A stretch of DNA of 64,000 nucleotides from Bulleidia sp. Lineage in GTDB: Bacteria > Desulfobacterota > Desulfovibrionia > Desulfovibrionales > Desulfovibrionaceae. Of the stretch, positions 18,978 through 28,735 are shown piece after piece (the first letter of the stretch is position 1; each line of letters begins with the position of its first letter). The position numbers and the translations under genes are program-made. The stretch is from NCBI GenBank assembly GCA_963661665.1, contig CAVLCT010000001.1:27308-91307 (forward strand), in the 5' to 3' direction. Below the pieces are notes generated by a model, which saw only the letters and a program-made list of their open reading frames with translations, did no database searches and was not told the DNA's origin.

Positions 18978-19712
18978 ATGTCTGGTCATTCCAAATGGGC
19001 AAATATCCAGCACCGCAAGGGGCGTCAGGACGAAAAGCGCGGCAAGGTCTTTACTAAGGCCGCCAAGGAAATCATCATTGCTGCCAAGGGCGGCGGTGAT
19101 CCTGCCGGCAACTCCCGTCTGCGCGCTGCTATTGCCGCAGCCAAGGCGGTGAACCTGCCCAAGGACAGAATTGAGGCAGCCATCCGCAAGGGCACAGGCG
19201 AAGATGCCGGCGGTGACCTGACTGAATGCTTCTACGAGGGCTACGGCCCCGGCGGCATTGCCATCATGATCGAGGTCGCCACCGACAACAAGAACCGCAT
19301 TGTTGCCGAAGTCCGCCACCTCTTCACCAAGCACGGCGGATCCTTAGGTGAAAACGGCAGCGTGGGCTGGATGTTTGACCGCAAGGGCGTGATCACCATT
19401 GACCGCGCCGCCTACGATGAAGACAAAATGATGGAACTGGCTCTTGAGGCCGGTGCTGACGACGTTATCGACGACGAGGACGTGTGGACCATCCAGACCA
19501 ACATGGAAGACTTTACTTCCGTGCGTGATGCCCTGGAAGCCAGCGGCGTGGCCATGCAGTCCGCTGAGCTTGCCATGGTTCCCCAGAACCTGGTTGCCGT
19601 GGACAAGACCGTGGCTGAAAAGGTGCTCCGCCTTATGGAAGCCCTTGATGACAATGACGACGTGCAGAACGTGTACAGCAACGCCGACTTCCCCGAGGAT
19701 ATGGGCGAATAG
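18978..19712 (+). CDS. yebC: YebC/PmpR family DNA-binding transcriptional regulator
   Basis: [27 protein letters not shown]... is the canonical YebC N-terminus. Confidence 0.95.
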   Translation: MSGHSKWANIQHRKGRQDEKRGKVFTKAAKEIIIAAKGGGDPAGNSRLRAAIAAAKAVNLPKDRIEAAIRKGTGEDAGGDLTECFYEGYGPGGIAIMIEVATDNKNRIVAEVRHLFTKHGGSLGENGSVGWMFDRKGVITIDRAAYDEDKMMELALEAGADDVIDDEDVWTIQTNMEDFTSVRDALEASGVAMQSAELAMVPQNLVAVDKTVAEKVLRLMEALDDNDDVQNVYSNADFPEDMGE

Positions 19713-19720
19713 CTGCACCT

Positions 19721-20242
19721 ATGGAGCCTGTAACCGTTATCGGTATTGATCCTGGCTCTGTCAGGACAGGCTGGGGCGTGGTCAGGGCTGCCTCGTCAGG
19801 ATATGAGCTTGTCGATTGCGGCCTTATAAAGACAGTTTCCTCAGGCAGTGAGGATTTCAGCAGCAGGCTGGCCGTGATTTATCACGACCTTGCCGGTGTC
19901 CTGCGAAGGACAGGGCCTCTTGAAGCTGCCATAGAGCAGGTCTTTATGGCCAAGAATGCGCAGACAGCCTTCAAGCTTGGCCAGGCGCGGGGCGTTGCCG
20001 TTGCCGCCTGTGCAGCAAACGGCATTCCTGTATATGACTATGAGCCCAAGCTGGTGAAGAAAACGCTTGTAGGCACTGGCGGAGCCGAAAAGGAGCAGGT
20101 TGCCTTTATGGTGCGTTGCAGGCTCGGTGTGCGCAATGCGGACTGGGCGCTGGATACATCGGATGCCCTGGCCATTGCGCTGACGCATTTAAGTCTCAGG
20201 CGCTTCAAGCAGATGGCTTCTGCTGCAAAGGCCTGCAAATAA
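19721..20242 (+). CDS. ruvC: crossover junction endodeoxyribonuclease RuvC
   Basis: VIGIDPGSVRTGWGVV...EQVFMAKNAQTAFKLGQARG...DTSDALAIAL. Confidence 0.95.
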   Translation: MEPVTVIGIDPGSVRTGWGVVRAASSGYELVDCGLIKTVSSGSEDFSSRLAVIYHDLAGVLRRTGPLEAAIEQVFMAKNAQTAFKLGQARGVAVAACAANGIPVYDYEPKLVKKTLVGTGGAEKEQVAFMVRCRLGVRNADWALDTSDALAIALTHLSLRRFKQMASAAKACK

Positions 20243-20249
20243 GAATTCT

Positions 20250-20290
20250 CTCCCGTCTGTCTTTCAGGGGCAGGCGGGAGTCTTTCTTTT
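20250..20290 (+). terminator. Rho-independent terminator after ruvC
   Basis: CTCCCGTCTG (20250-20259) pairs with CAGGCGGGAG (20271-20280), including one G-U pair. It is followed by TCTTTCTTTT. Confidence 0.6.
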
Positions 20291-20604
20291 GTGAAAAGGG
20301 AGAAACCTGGCACAAAAGGCAAAGGTTTTTTGACAAGCTGACAATCAGCGGAACACAAAAAGATGCCAGAAAAGGGCATCGTGACGGCAAGGGCCCCTGT
20401 ACGGGGCCTTTTTTTGCCATTTTGAAGGGGCTTAACTTTCTTTTTGCATGGCAAAAGACAAGAGAAATATAGTTTAAGTGTCCGGAAAAGAAGTATATTT
20501 TATTGTTTAAAAAGAATGCTTGACAGTGTTTTTTTAATGATTTAGAGGCTGTATCGTCAAATAATCTATTTGACGAAATAAAAGTATTTTACAGGAATTG
20601 TTGT

Positions 20605-21774
20605 ATGAAATGGACAAGATTTGTACGCGCTAAATCAGTTTGTGCTTATTTTTTTGTCGGACCAGGAGTGATGTACGGCCTTTTTACATCACGCATGCCG
20701 GCCTTAAAAGAACAGGTACAGGCCAATGAGGCAGAAATAGGTTTTGTCCTGCTGGCCTTCGGGCTGGCTGCGTTATGTGGCCTTATGAGCTGCGCCTCTT
20801 TGATCCGCAGATTTACCAGCAGGAAGGTTATCAGGTACGCCTCCTTTGTGCTGATGTTTACCCTGCCTTTGTGCGGCCTGACGACTTCGCCTCTGTTTCT
20901 GGGGCTGGCTGTCATTTCCATGGGCTTTCTGACAGGCCTTGTTGACGTGGCCATGAATGCCCAGGCTATCCAGCTGGAAAAGCGCTTTGCGGCTCCCTGC
21001 CTTGCCCTGATGCACGCAAGCTACAGCCTGGGAGGTCTTATCGGCGCCTTGTCCAGTGCTGCTTTTGCTGCCCTTGGCCTTCCTCCTTTCTGGAATTTTG
21101 CCATTATAATGGCCATATATATGCTGCCAAGGCCCTGGGCTGTGCCCAGACTTGCCAAGGACCAGGTCATAAAAAAGGGAACACAGGATACAAGGAAGAG
21201 CAAAGGTTTTGCCCTGCCTCCCTTGTTTGTCTTTCTTTGCGGCCTGCTTGCTGCCTGCTGCTATTCAGGCGAAGGAACGGTGGGTGAGTGGGGCTCCCTC
21301 TATCTCTTCTCGGTCAAGGGTTCCAGCGAGCAGATGGCTGCCCTTGTGTATGCGTGCTTCTCTGTTTCCACGCTGACCTGCCGTCTTTTTGTCGATATGC
21401 TGCGCACGCAGTTTTCTGATTTTCCGATTGCCATTTGCGGCGGATTGCTGGCCGTTACAGGCATGATCATTGTACTTATGAGCCCGTATGCTCCTTTATG
21501 CCTTGTGGGCTACTGCTGCGTGGGGCTGGGGATGGCTCCTATGGTTCCCCTGTGTTTCAGTGCGGCAGGCAAATGCCCGCAGGTGACGCCTGATGAAGCC
21601 TCTGCCGTGGTGTCGGTTTTAGGATACAGCGGCCTTCTGGCCTGTCCTCCGGTTATTGGTATCATTGCACATAATTACGGGCTTGACAGAGCCTTGCTTA
21701 TTGCCCTTGGCCTGGAAGTGTGTCTCTGTATAGGGTCGTTCCTCTTCAGGGAGCGCAGGACAGCCGCACAATAG
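20605..21774 (+). CDS. MFS transporter
   Basis: 389-aa polytopic protein with about 12 hydrophobic segments and an MFS-like layout. Substrate unknown. Confidence 0.75.
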   Translation: MKWTRFVRAKSVCAYFFVGPGVMYGLFTSRMPALKEQVQANEAEIGFVLLAFGLAALCGLMSCASLIRRFTSRKVIRYASFVLMFTLPLCGLTTSPLFLGLAVISMGFLTGLVDVAMNAQAIQLEKRFAAPCLALMHASYSLGGLIGALSSAAFAALGLPPFWNFAIIMAIYMLPRPWAVPRLAKDQVIKKGTQDTRKSKGFALPPLFVFLCGLLAACCYSGEGTVGEWGSLYLFSVKGSSEQMAALVYACFSVSTLTCRLFVDMLRTQFSDFPIAICGGLLAVTGMIIVLMSPYAPLCLVGYCCVGLGMAPMVPLCFSAAGKCPQVTPDEASAVVSVLGYSGLLACPPVIGIIAHNYGLDRALLIALGLEVCLCIGSFLFRERRTAAQ

Positions 21775-21824
21775 AGGTCTTGTCTACGTGTATTAAGGCG
21801 GGAAGTTCTCGTGGCTTTCCGCCT

Positions 21825-23408
21825 TTATGACGCTTTAAGCCTGTTTTTGCGTGCCCTCATGCGCTCATGGATGCGTTCAAAGAGCACAGGGCAGAAACGG
21901 ATGCCCAGGGGAACAAAGGTGGCAAGAAAGAGGATGCCTGCCACAGCAAGGCCGGCAAAGGCAGCAAGAACCGGAGAACAGTCCGTAAGATATGAACGGA
22001 TAAAGGCATCTGCATAATATCCCAAGATGCACCCTGGCAGGGCGCACAGCAGGGAGCAGAGGCTGACTGAGGCAAGCCCTGAAAAGCATGCCGTACCCTG
22101 TCTCTTTATCCAGATGGCTCCTAAGACAAGCGTAAAGGCAAGCAGGCCTGCAAAGGAGCATGCTGCTATGGCACAAGGTCCTTCAGGGACAGCCAGGAAA
22201 TAGTATACAGGCAGAAAAGCTATGGTTACCACCGTGCCGGAGAGGGCCGGCGTGACCGTGTCCATCATGGCGTAAAAGCCGCGGGTGAGAATTTCCAGGA
22301 TAACCCAGAGCGGTGCCGCTGCCAGCAGGATCTGAAGGAGAGGCACTGCGCGCAGGACTTCTCCCTGCGCCATACGGCCTCCGTAAAAGAGCAGGCCGAA
22401 GGCAGAAGGGGCAAGCAGTGCCATCCACAGGGCAAGCGGGATAATAAGGCCTGTGCCAGTCCTGAGTGCTTTTGAGAGAACTCTGTCAAAGCCTTCCCTG
22501 TCGCCCTTTGTGAGCAGGGAGACCAGGAAGGGATAGGAGGCCAGGGCTGCAACCTGCCCTATAAGGGCTACCGGTACCTGGGCCAGCCTTTTGGCGTAGC
22601 TTAAGAGGGCAACAGATCCTTCCCCTGTAAGGGAGCCGAAGACACGCAGAAACTGCTCATCCAGTGCCGTAATGGTCTGCCCGAGCATCAGTGGCAGGGC
22701 CAGGAGAATGAATTTTTTGAAGAGGGGATGCGAAAACCTGGGCCTGTATCTGAACCCTCCGCTTCTCACAACCAGCAGGGGAAGCAGAAAAGTGCCTGCA
22801 GCTGCCCCGACCAGGACGCCTATGCAGTAGCCTGTCATGCCCTGCACAAGGCCCAGAAGCGGAAGGCTTACGCCAAAGACTATGATTGAGCCGTTATAGA
22901 TGAGAGGTGCCAGTGCCGGTATGGCAAACTGCCTGCGCAGAAAAAGCAGGGACATGACACAGGATCCTGTGAGAAAGAAAAACTGCGTAGGCAGAGTCAG
23001 GTGCATGAAAAACTGCAGCCTGAGATTCAGGGCATCGCTTAAGCCAGGGGCCGCCAGGCGGGACAGGCCGTCAGCAAAGAACATGGCCAGGGAGGTCAGG
23101 CATATGGCTGCTATCCCCATCCAGGTGAGCACCGTGGAAAAGAAGTTCCAGCCTTCATCCTCGTTTTCGGCGAAAGTCTTTGAGAGCAGGGGGAGCAGGA
23201 CAATGCCCATAAAGCCGCCTGCCAGAAGATAGTTGATAATATCGGGCACAACAAAGGAGGCAAAATAGACATCGGCCTCGGATCCCGCCCCAAACTGCCA
23301 GGAGATGATTTTTTCCCGTACAAGCCCCATGCAGCGGGAGAGGATGGTGCTTGCAGCCAGAAGAAGCGCTGCGATGCCGAGAGTCTGTGATTTAGCCAGT
23401 ATGCCCAT
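21825..23408 (-). CDS. murJ: lipid II flippase MurJ
   Basis: LSRCMGLVREKIISWQFGAGSEADVYFASFVVPD and a roughly 14-TM MviN/MurJ layout. Confidence 0.9.
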   Translation of the reverse strand: MGILAKSQTLGIAALLLAASTILSRCMGLVREKIISWQFGAGSEADVYFASFVVPDIINYLLAGGFMGIVLLPLLSKTFAENEDEGWNFFSTVLTWMGIAAICLTSLAMFFADGLSRLAAPGLSDALNLRLQFFMHLTLPTQFFFLTGSCVMSLLFLRRQFAIPALAPLIYNGSIIVFGVSLPLLGLVQGMTGYCIGVLVGAAAGTFLLPLLVVRSGGFRYRPRFSHPLFKKFILLALPLMLGQTITALDEQFLRVFGSLTGEGSVALLSYAKRLAQVPVALIGQVAALASYPFLVSLLTKGDREGFDRVLSKALRTGTGLIIPLALWMALLAPSAFGLLFYGGRMAQGEVLRAVPLLQILLAAAPLWVILEILTRGFYAMMDTVTPALSGTVVTIAFLPVYYFLAVPEGPCAIAACSFAGLLAFTLVLGAIWIKRQGTACFSGLASVSLCSLLCALPGCILGYYADAFIRSYLTDCSPVLAAFAGLAVAGILFLATFVPLGIRFCPVLFERIHERMRARKNRLKAS

Positions 23409-23485
23409 TATGGTTCCTGCTTATGTGTCGTTATATGCCGTATGATATGCGCTTTGTGAGTTTGTGCAGGGCTTTCAGCCTGCAA

Positions 23486-26314
23486 TCAGAATTTTTTCCT
23501 GGATTTTGCCTTGCCCTTTCTTTGGGGCATGCTGATGCGGCTGGTGTTCATGGAGCGTTTTTCTGCAAAATTGATGTACAGCATAACGGGATCGACAGAG
23601 ACCAGCCTGACAGTCATGTGCGTGCCTATGCGGTAGCAGCGTTTTGCCATGGGACTGGCCAGTTCTTCCCTGCCCGGATGGAAGTCAAGACTCCATGAGT
23701 CTTGCAGAGCCTCTATGTGCACAAGCCCCTCTACCGGACATTCGTCCAGTTCAACAAAGGTGCCATATGGCTGTACCGAAGCCACAGTGCAGGACCATTC
23801 CTGGTCGCGGGGCTGCTTTTGCATCCACATGCAGGCCATGCGGCGGTTCATTTCCCGCTCGCACTCCATGGCTGCCCGCTCCTGCCTGTTGATCATGTCG
23901 CAAATCCTGACAAGGCCCTTGCCCGCAGGAACCGGCCCGTCATCGCAGCCTAAGGCCAGCTTGATGGCCCTGTGCACCACAAGATCGGCATAACGGCGTA
24001 TAGGGGAGGTAAAATGGCAGTAGGCCTGGGAGGCCAGGCCGAAGTGCCCGATATTTTCAGGGGAGTATTTTGCCTGGGCCATGCTGCGCACGCAGAGCCT
24101 GTTAAAGACAGATTCTCCTGGCTGGCCCTTTAAGGAACGTAAGAGATCCGGCAGCATTTTGGCAGAAAATTCCTTTTTGCGGGGCAGAAAGCCGCAGGAA
24201 ACAAGCATGGTATGCAGAAGATTGAGCTTGTCCTGGCTGATGGCCGGATGAACGCGATAGATGCAGGGATATCCGCCTGCCCCGAGAAATTCAGCCACAG
24301 CTTCATTGGCGGCTATCATGAATTCCTCGATCAGCCTGTGCATGTCATGCCGGTTTGTGCGCCTGAGATCTGTAATACGTCCCCTTTCGTCAAAACATGC
24401 TTCCGGCTCAGGCAGATCAAAGTTCAGGGCTCCCCGTCTGTCCCTGGCATCTGCCAGGACGTGATAGAGTTCCAGGGCCTGCCCAAGCATGGAAATAATC
24501 TCGTCTGAGCGGGGATTGTCCTTTGAAAAGGAAGCGCACGCCTCTTCATCCCTGTCTATGACAAGGCTTTTGGCCTGATCATAGGTCAGGCGGGCCGCTG
24601 AATGAATAACGCCCAGTCCAAACGAGCTTTTTCTCCTTTTCCCCTTTGGGGTGAATTCGAGATTTGCAAAGACAACAAGCCTGTCCTTGTCCGGAATTAA
24701 CGAACAGAGATTGTTGCAAAGTTCCTCGGGCAGCATGGGCTCGACTGATGTCGGAAAATACCAGGAATTGCCTCTCAGCAGGGCTTCCCTGTCCAGAGGG
24801 GAACCCGGCCGCACATAGTGGCTGACATCGGCTATGGCTACGCGCAGGCGGTAGTATCCCCTGGGCAGCCTTTCAACGCAGACGGCATCATCGAAATCCC
24901 TTGCATCGGCTCCGTCTAAGGTGACAAAGGGAAAGCCCGTGAGATCGGTCCTGTTTTCCCTGTCAGCCGCAGTCAGTTCCTGAGGCAGTTTTTTTGTTTC
25001 TTTGAGCACCTGGTCCGGAAAGGCCTGCGGCACCATGTGGTTCAGCTTGACCAGCTCTTCCTGTTCCCTGACAGAGGACATGGCCCTGGTTATTTTGACA
25101 ATCTGGACATGGACAAGCCCGTCTTTCCTGAACAGCGGCTTTGCTTCCGCTATATCTGTGTTTTCTGCCCCGACGTCATTGCTGTCTACGACAAAGATGT
25201 CGCTTGTATCCCCTAAATTTGTGACAAAGCGCCTGCTGACGGCTCTTCCCCAAAGGACGTCAGGATTTCTGCGGCCGGACAAAAGTTCAAGGGTTATGCG
25301 TGCTGCTGTCTCCCTGACTACCTGCACAACATCACATTTTGGGATGTATCCGGGATAGAAGGATTCAAGGGGCTGTACCAGTATTTTGTCACCTGGAAGA
25401 AGCAGGACAGGGCTGTTCCTGATGTTCATGGTGACAGAAAGTCCTTCGGGCGTTTCAGCCTTGACCTGGGCCTGCCCGTTGGACGGGGTATAGATCCCTT
25501 CAATCTTTTCGGGCCTTAGCCGCGTATACAGGCCCCTGTCCAAAAGGACAGCCTTGTCGGCAATGAGTTCTTCGAGCATCTTGTCCAGCTGGCTACGCTC
25601 TTCAAAGCCGATGTCAAAATAGGCGTATAAATCTTCTATGAAAGCTCCGCCCAGTTCATCCATATAGCGCAGGAGGGCACTGGCTGAAAGGCCTGGCACC
25701 GGACAGTAGCGGTTGTGATGGAAACGGATTTTGTTGTCCTGCTCAAGATGAAGGAGTATGCGCTGAAGATCTTTCTTCCTTTTATCGTTCAGGCACCCCA
25801 GTTTCTTTGACAGGGCAGCAAGAGTGATGCCGCTTTCTTTTACCTGCACAAGGGCAAGAACGTCATCAGGCTCAGGGTCATGCCCCAAAACCCATTTTTT
25901 GCCAGCAAAAAGGACAAGCCCTGTCCTTTTGAGGCTTATGAGCTTTTCCTTTATTTTTTTGTGATCCTGCCCTTTGCCGTATTCTTCTTCCAGCAAGGTG
26001 CAGATATCTTCAAGGGAAAGGGATCCATGGCGGCGGAGCACATCAAGTACTGCCTGTGCGTCGATGGCATTGATGAAATAGTATCTCTTAAGAAATCCTA
26101 TTTTGTCCTTTCTCCTGAGCAATCCCAGGGCCATGGTGACGTCGTTTTTTTCCTGCGGTGTCTTGCTCCTGAGCAGCCTGAACAGGTCTGTTTTTCCCAG
26201 GCGGCCGTGTTCTGTCAGAAGAGCAATGATCTGATCTGCGTACCTGGCATAGCCGGACATATTGTCTTCAGAACTGCTTTCAGAAAAAAACTGATCCTTT
26301 TGATCTAGAGCCAT
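23486..26314 (-). CDS. rnr: ribonuclease R with extended N-terminal region
   Basis: The RNB catalytic region is FVTLDGADARDFDDAVCVE...HFGLASQAYCHFTSPIRRYADL. A C-terminal S1-like domain and a basic tail follow. Start at MALDQKDQ within ORF 23486..26368. Confidence 0.9.
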   Translation of the reverse strand: MALDQKDQFFSESSSEDNMSGYARYADQIIALLTEHGRLGKTDLFRLLRSKTPQEKNDVTMALGLLRRKDKIGFLKRYYFINAIDAQAVLDVLRRHGSLSLEDICTLLEEEYGKGQDHKKIKEKLISLKRTGLVLFAGKKWVLGHDPEPDDVLALVQVKESGITLAALSKKLGCLNDKRKKDLQRILLHLEQDNKIRFHHNRYCPVPGLSASALLRYMDELGGAFIEDLYAYFDIGFEERSQLDKMLEELIADKAVLLDRGLYTRLRPEKIEGIYTPSNGQAQVKAETPEGLSVTMNIRNSPVLLLPGDKILVQPLESFYPGYIPKCDVVQVVRETAARITLELLSGRRNPDVLWGRAVSRRFVTNLGDTSDIFVVDSNDVGAENTDIAEAKPLFRKDGLVHVQIVKITRAMSSVREQEELVKLNHMVPQAFPDQVLKETKKLPQELTAADRENRTDLTGFPFVTLDGADARDFDDAVCVERLPRGYYRLRVAIADVSHYVRPGSPLDREALLRGNSWYFPTSVEPMLPEELCNNLCSLIPDKDRLVVFANLEFTPKGKRRKSSFGLGVIHSAARLTYDQAKSLVIDRDEEACASFSKDNPRSDEIISMLGQALELYHVLADARDRRGALNFDLPEPEACFDERGRITDLRRTNRHDMHRLIEEFMIAANEAVAEFLGAGGYPCIYRVHPAISQDKLNLLHTMLVSCGFLPRKKEFSAKMLPDLLRSLKGQPGESVFNRLCVRSMAQAKYSPENIGHFGLASQAYCHFTSPIRRYADLVVHRAIKLALGCDDGPVPAGKGLVRICDMINRQERAAMECEREMNRRMACMWMQKQPRDQEWSCTVASVQPYGTFVELDECPVEGLVHIEALQDSWSLDFHPGREELASPMAKRCYRIGTHMTVRLVSVDPVMLYINFAEKRSMNTSRISMPQRKGKAKSRKKF

Positions 26315-26440
26315 ATTGTCTTCCTGGGAGAGAGGCAGGGGAAGTACGCAAAAAAGGGCTGTCCGCAAGAAACGGACAACCCCTCTTTAGCAAAAAATCA
26401 GTCTGCTTCCAATCTGTACGGGACATAGCCCCGTCTTTGT

Positions 26441-27154
26441 TTAGTCGCGGCTTGAGCCGAAGAGGCGCAGCAGCATGAGGAAGAGATTGATAAAGTCAAG
26501 ATACAGGGTGAGCGCACCTAAGATGGCACCGCGGCGGACAGCCGTGCCGTCTTCCAGGGGAGCGGCGCTGCCGAACTGGCGAATCTTCTGCGTATCATAG
26601 GCGGTGAGGCCGGTGAAGACGATAACGCCGCACACGCTGATGACAAAGTCCATGAAGGTGCTGCCGATGAAGATGTTGACAATGGAGGCAATGATAATGC
26701 CTATGAGCCCCATGAAAAGGAAGGTGCCCATGCCGGACAGATCACGCTTGGTGACTGTGCCGTAAATGGACATGGCCAGGAACATGCCGGCGCAGGTGAA
26801 GAAGGCATTGGCAATGGAGCCTATGGGATAGACAACGAAGATGGACGAAAGAGTAAGGCCGGTGAGCGCAGCGTAGAGCACAAACATGGCTGTTGCCGTA
26901 AAAGCTGACATTTTGTGCACGGCAGCTGACAGGGCGATAACAATGCCGAACTGGGCCACAATCAGGATGATGGGAATAACCATGCTACTGAAAATGGCCA
27001 TCTGAATGGCGGGAGATGTGGCAACACCGACAGCCACAAAGGCTGTTACCAGCAGGCCTACTGTCATCCATGTGTAGACGTGACGCATGAATTCAGCAGC
27101 AACGCTGAACCCTGATGCGTATGTTCTTTGCTGTGTGCTGTAATTAAAGGACAT
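26441..27154 (-). CDS. Bax inhibitor-1/YccA family membrane protein
   Basis: EFMRHVYTWMTVGLLVTA..., 7 TM segments, and a C-terminal LYLDFINLFLMLLRLFG signature. Confidence 0.9.
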   Translation of the reverse strand: MSFNYSTQQRTYASGFSVAAEFMRHVYTWMTVGLLVTAFVAVGVATSPAIQMAIFSSMVIPIILIVAQFGIVIALSAAVHKMSAFTATAMFVLYAALTGLTLSSIFVVYPIGSIANAFFTCAGMFLAMSIYGTVTKRDLSGMGTFLFMGLIGIIIASIVNIFIGSTFMDFVISVCGVIVFTGLTAYDTQKIRQFGSAAPLEDGTAVRRGAILGALTLYLDFINLFLMLLRLFGSSRD

Positions 27155-27560
27155 TTTATTTTTCTCCTGAGGGAATGAAGAGTTGTGCCGGCTGTCTTAT
27201 GCTCTAAGCGGATAGTCTGTTCTCTGCCGGGCAACCCTCTTATGCGCCGCCATAGGGCGGAAGTTTTCAGATGCTTTTGACTACATATAAGATTTGTCCG
27301 TCGTTCTGCAAGAGGGGCAGAAGACAGAACCGCCAGCCAGGAAGCCTTTTTTGCCCGGACATGGCTGAGAGCGTGAGACTGTTTATGAACAGGGGAATTC
27401 AGATTTGGCCAGGAAATGCTTGAGACAGAAGCCAAATCCCCAATAGGTGACTGTGCCCTTGGCAATGCAGGCTTTAATGCGTCAGTGATGGTCATTGTAT
27501 TTATTGGTGTAGTGTATACGCATACAGTTTTATAGATTTTATTTTGTATGTGCATACAAG

Positions 27561-28502
27561 TCAGATGGAATCATGAATGATTTTTTTTTGCAGAGCATCA
27601 ATATACTGTAATACGGCCAATGGAGAATATATCTCGTTATTGTATTCATAAATCGTATTATTAATACAACTAATTAGTTCATCTTTTTTGTGTGAAAATC
27701 CTGTATCATAGAGAAGCTGATCCACCTCTTCTATGGTAAATCCTATTTTATCAGCAAATCTGTTATTTGATTTGTCATAGTGTTTGATAGTGTTAAATCC
27801 TGTATATGATGAACTTGTTTTTGATATATTAATAAAACCTGTTAAAATGCCAAATTCAAGGTATTCATTATCTTTTAGCACATTTCCCAATATATTGTGC
27901 ATAAATGGCAGCATCAAATCATAATAGCCATTTTTCAGCGCACTTGCTAAAGGAACATCATATTCATCAATCAGAACGAAGACTTCTTTTTTGTGTATAA
28001 GATAAAGTGCAATACTAAGCAACTCTAATGATGATTCAAGCAGTTCTATGTCATCAGTTCCTTTTTTCATCTCGACAAGTTCATTTATTTGATCTTCATC
28101 AAGCACATCACTTTGAAAAACGTACATGTGCTGTCTGACTGCATAACTGACTGCACGGCTTATCTGCTTTAGTGCTTCAGGAAAAGAGGACGCTCCCATA
28201 TGCTTAAAATTGAGACTGATAACAGGCCATTTGTTCATCCACTTTTCACATAAGGCCCTGTTCCCTGTAATCTTCAAGCCTGCAAAAATGGCCGTACTGT
28301 CTTTCTGATTGTCAAGAAAGTCGGCGAGCATGCTCATTGCCAGGCTTTTGCCAAAGTGTTCCGGCATGGTGATAAGGGATACCTCAGCTCCCGGCGAAGC
28401 CAGGAATGCGGAAATAAAGTCTGTTTTGTCAACATAGTAACAGCCTTTCTCTCTGAGTTCCCTGAACTGAGAGATGCCAATGCCAATCCTTGGTGCGGAC
28501 AT
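27561..28502 (-). CDS. AAA-ATPase_like domain protein, truncated paralog of 16165..17862 (no PD-(D/E)XK domain)
   Basis: MSAPRIGIGISQFRELREKGCYYVDKTDFISAFL...MPEHFGKSLAMSMLADFL...VLIDEYDVPL aligns by eye with the N-terminal half of the 565-aa paralog. It stops right after that domain. The 3' two-thirds of the gene is markedly AT-rich. Confidence 0.7.
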   Translation of the reverse strand: MSAPRIGIGISQFRELREKGCYYVDKTDFISAFLASPGAEVSLITMPEHFGKSLAMSMLADFLDNQKDSTAIFAGLKITGNRALCEKWMNKWPVISLNFKHMGASSFPEALKQISRAVSYAVRQHMYVFQSDVLDEDQINELVEMKKGTDDIELLESSLELLSIALYLIHKKEVFVLIDEYDVPLASALKNGYYDLMLPFMHNILGNVLKDNEYLEFGILTGFINISKTSSSYTGFNTIKHYDKSNNRFADKIGFTIEEVDQLLYDTGFSHKKDELISCINNTIYEYNNEIYSPLAVLQYIDALQKKIIHDSI

Positions 28503-28735
28503 CGCCTGTCCTCCGTATTTTTTTCGTATATCTGTATCCTGCGTTTGTCTGTATCCCGTATATAGCCGGTCCCTTGATTCTTGTACACAAGGGAACGTGT
28601 TCTTGCAGTTTACGGCAAAATGGCTATGCTTGAAAAGTCCAGACAGCAATGTCCAGACCGGCAATACGGCGGATTTGCTGTCTTCAGCTTAAATTTACAA
28701 AGGAGGATCCGCCCCACCGGCGGCCATGCATATCT

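Noticed and set aside
20306-20322. TGGCAC-AAAAG-GCAAA resembling a sigma-54 -24 element downstream of ruvC
   Set aside because: The GC of the putative -12 element is 2 nt too close to the GG, and no sigma-54-type target gene follows.
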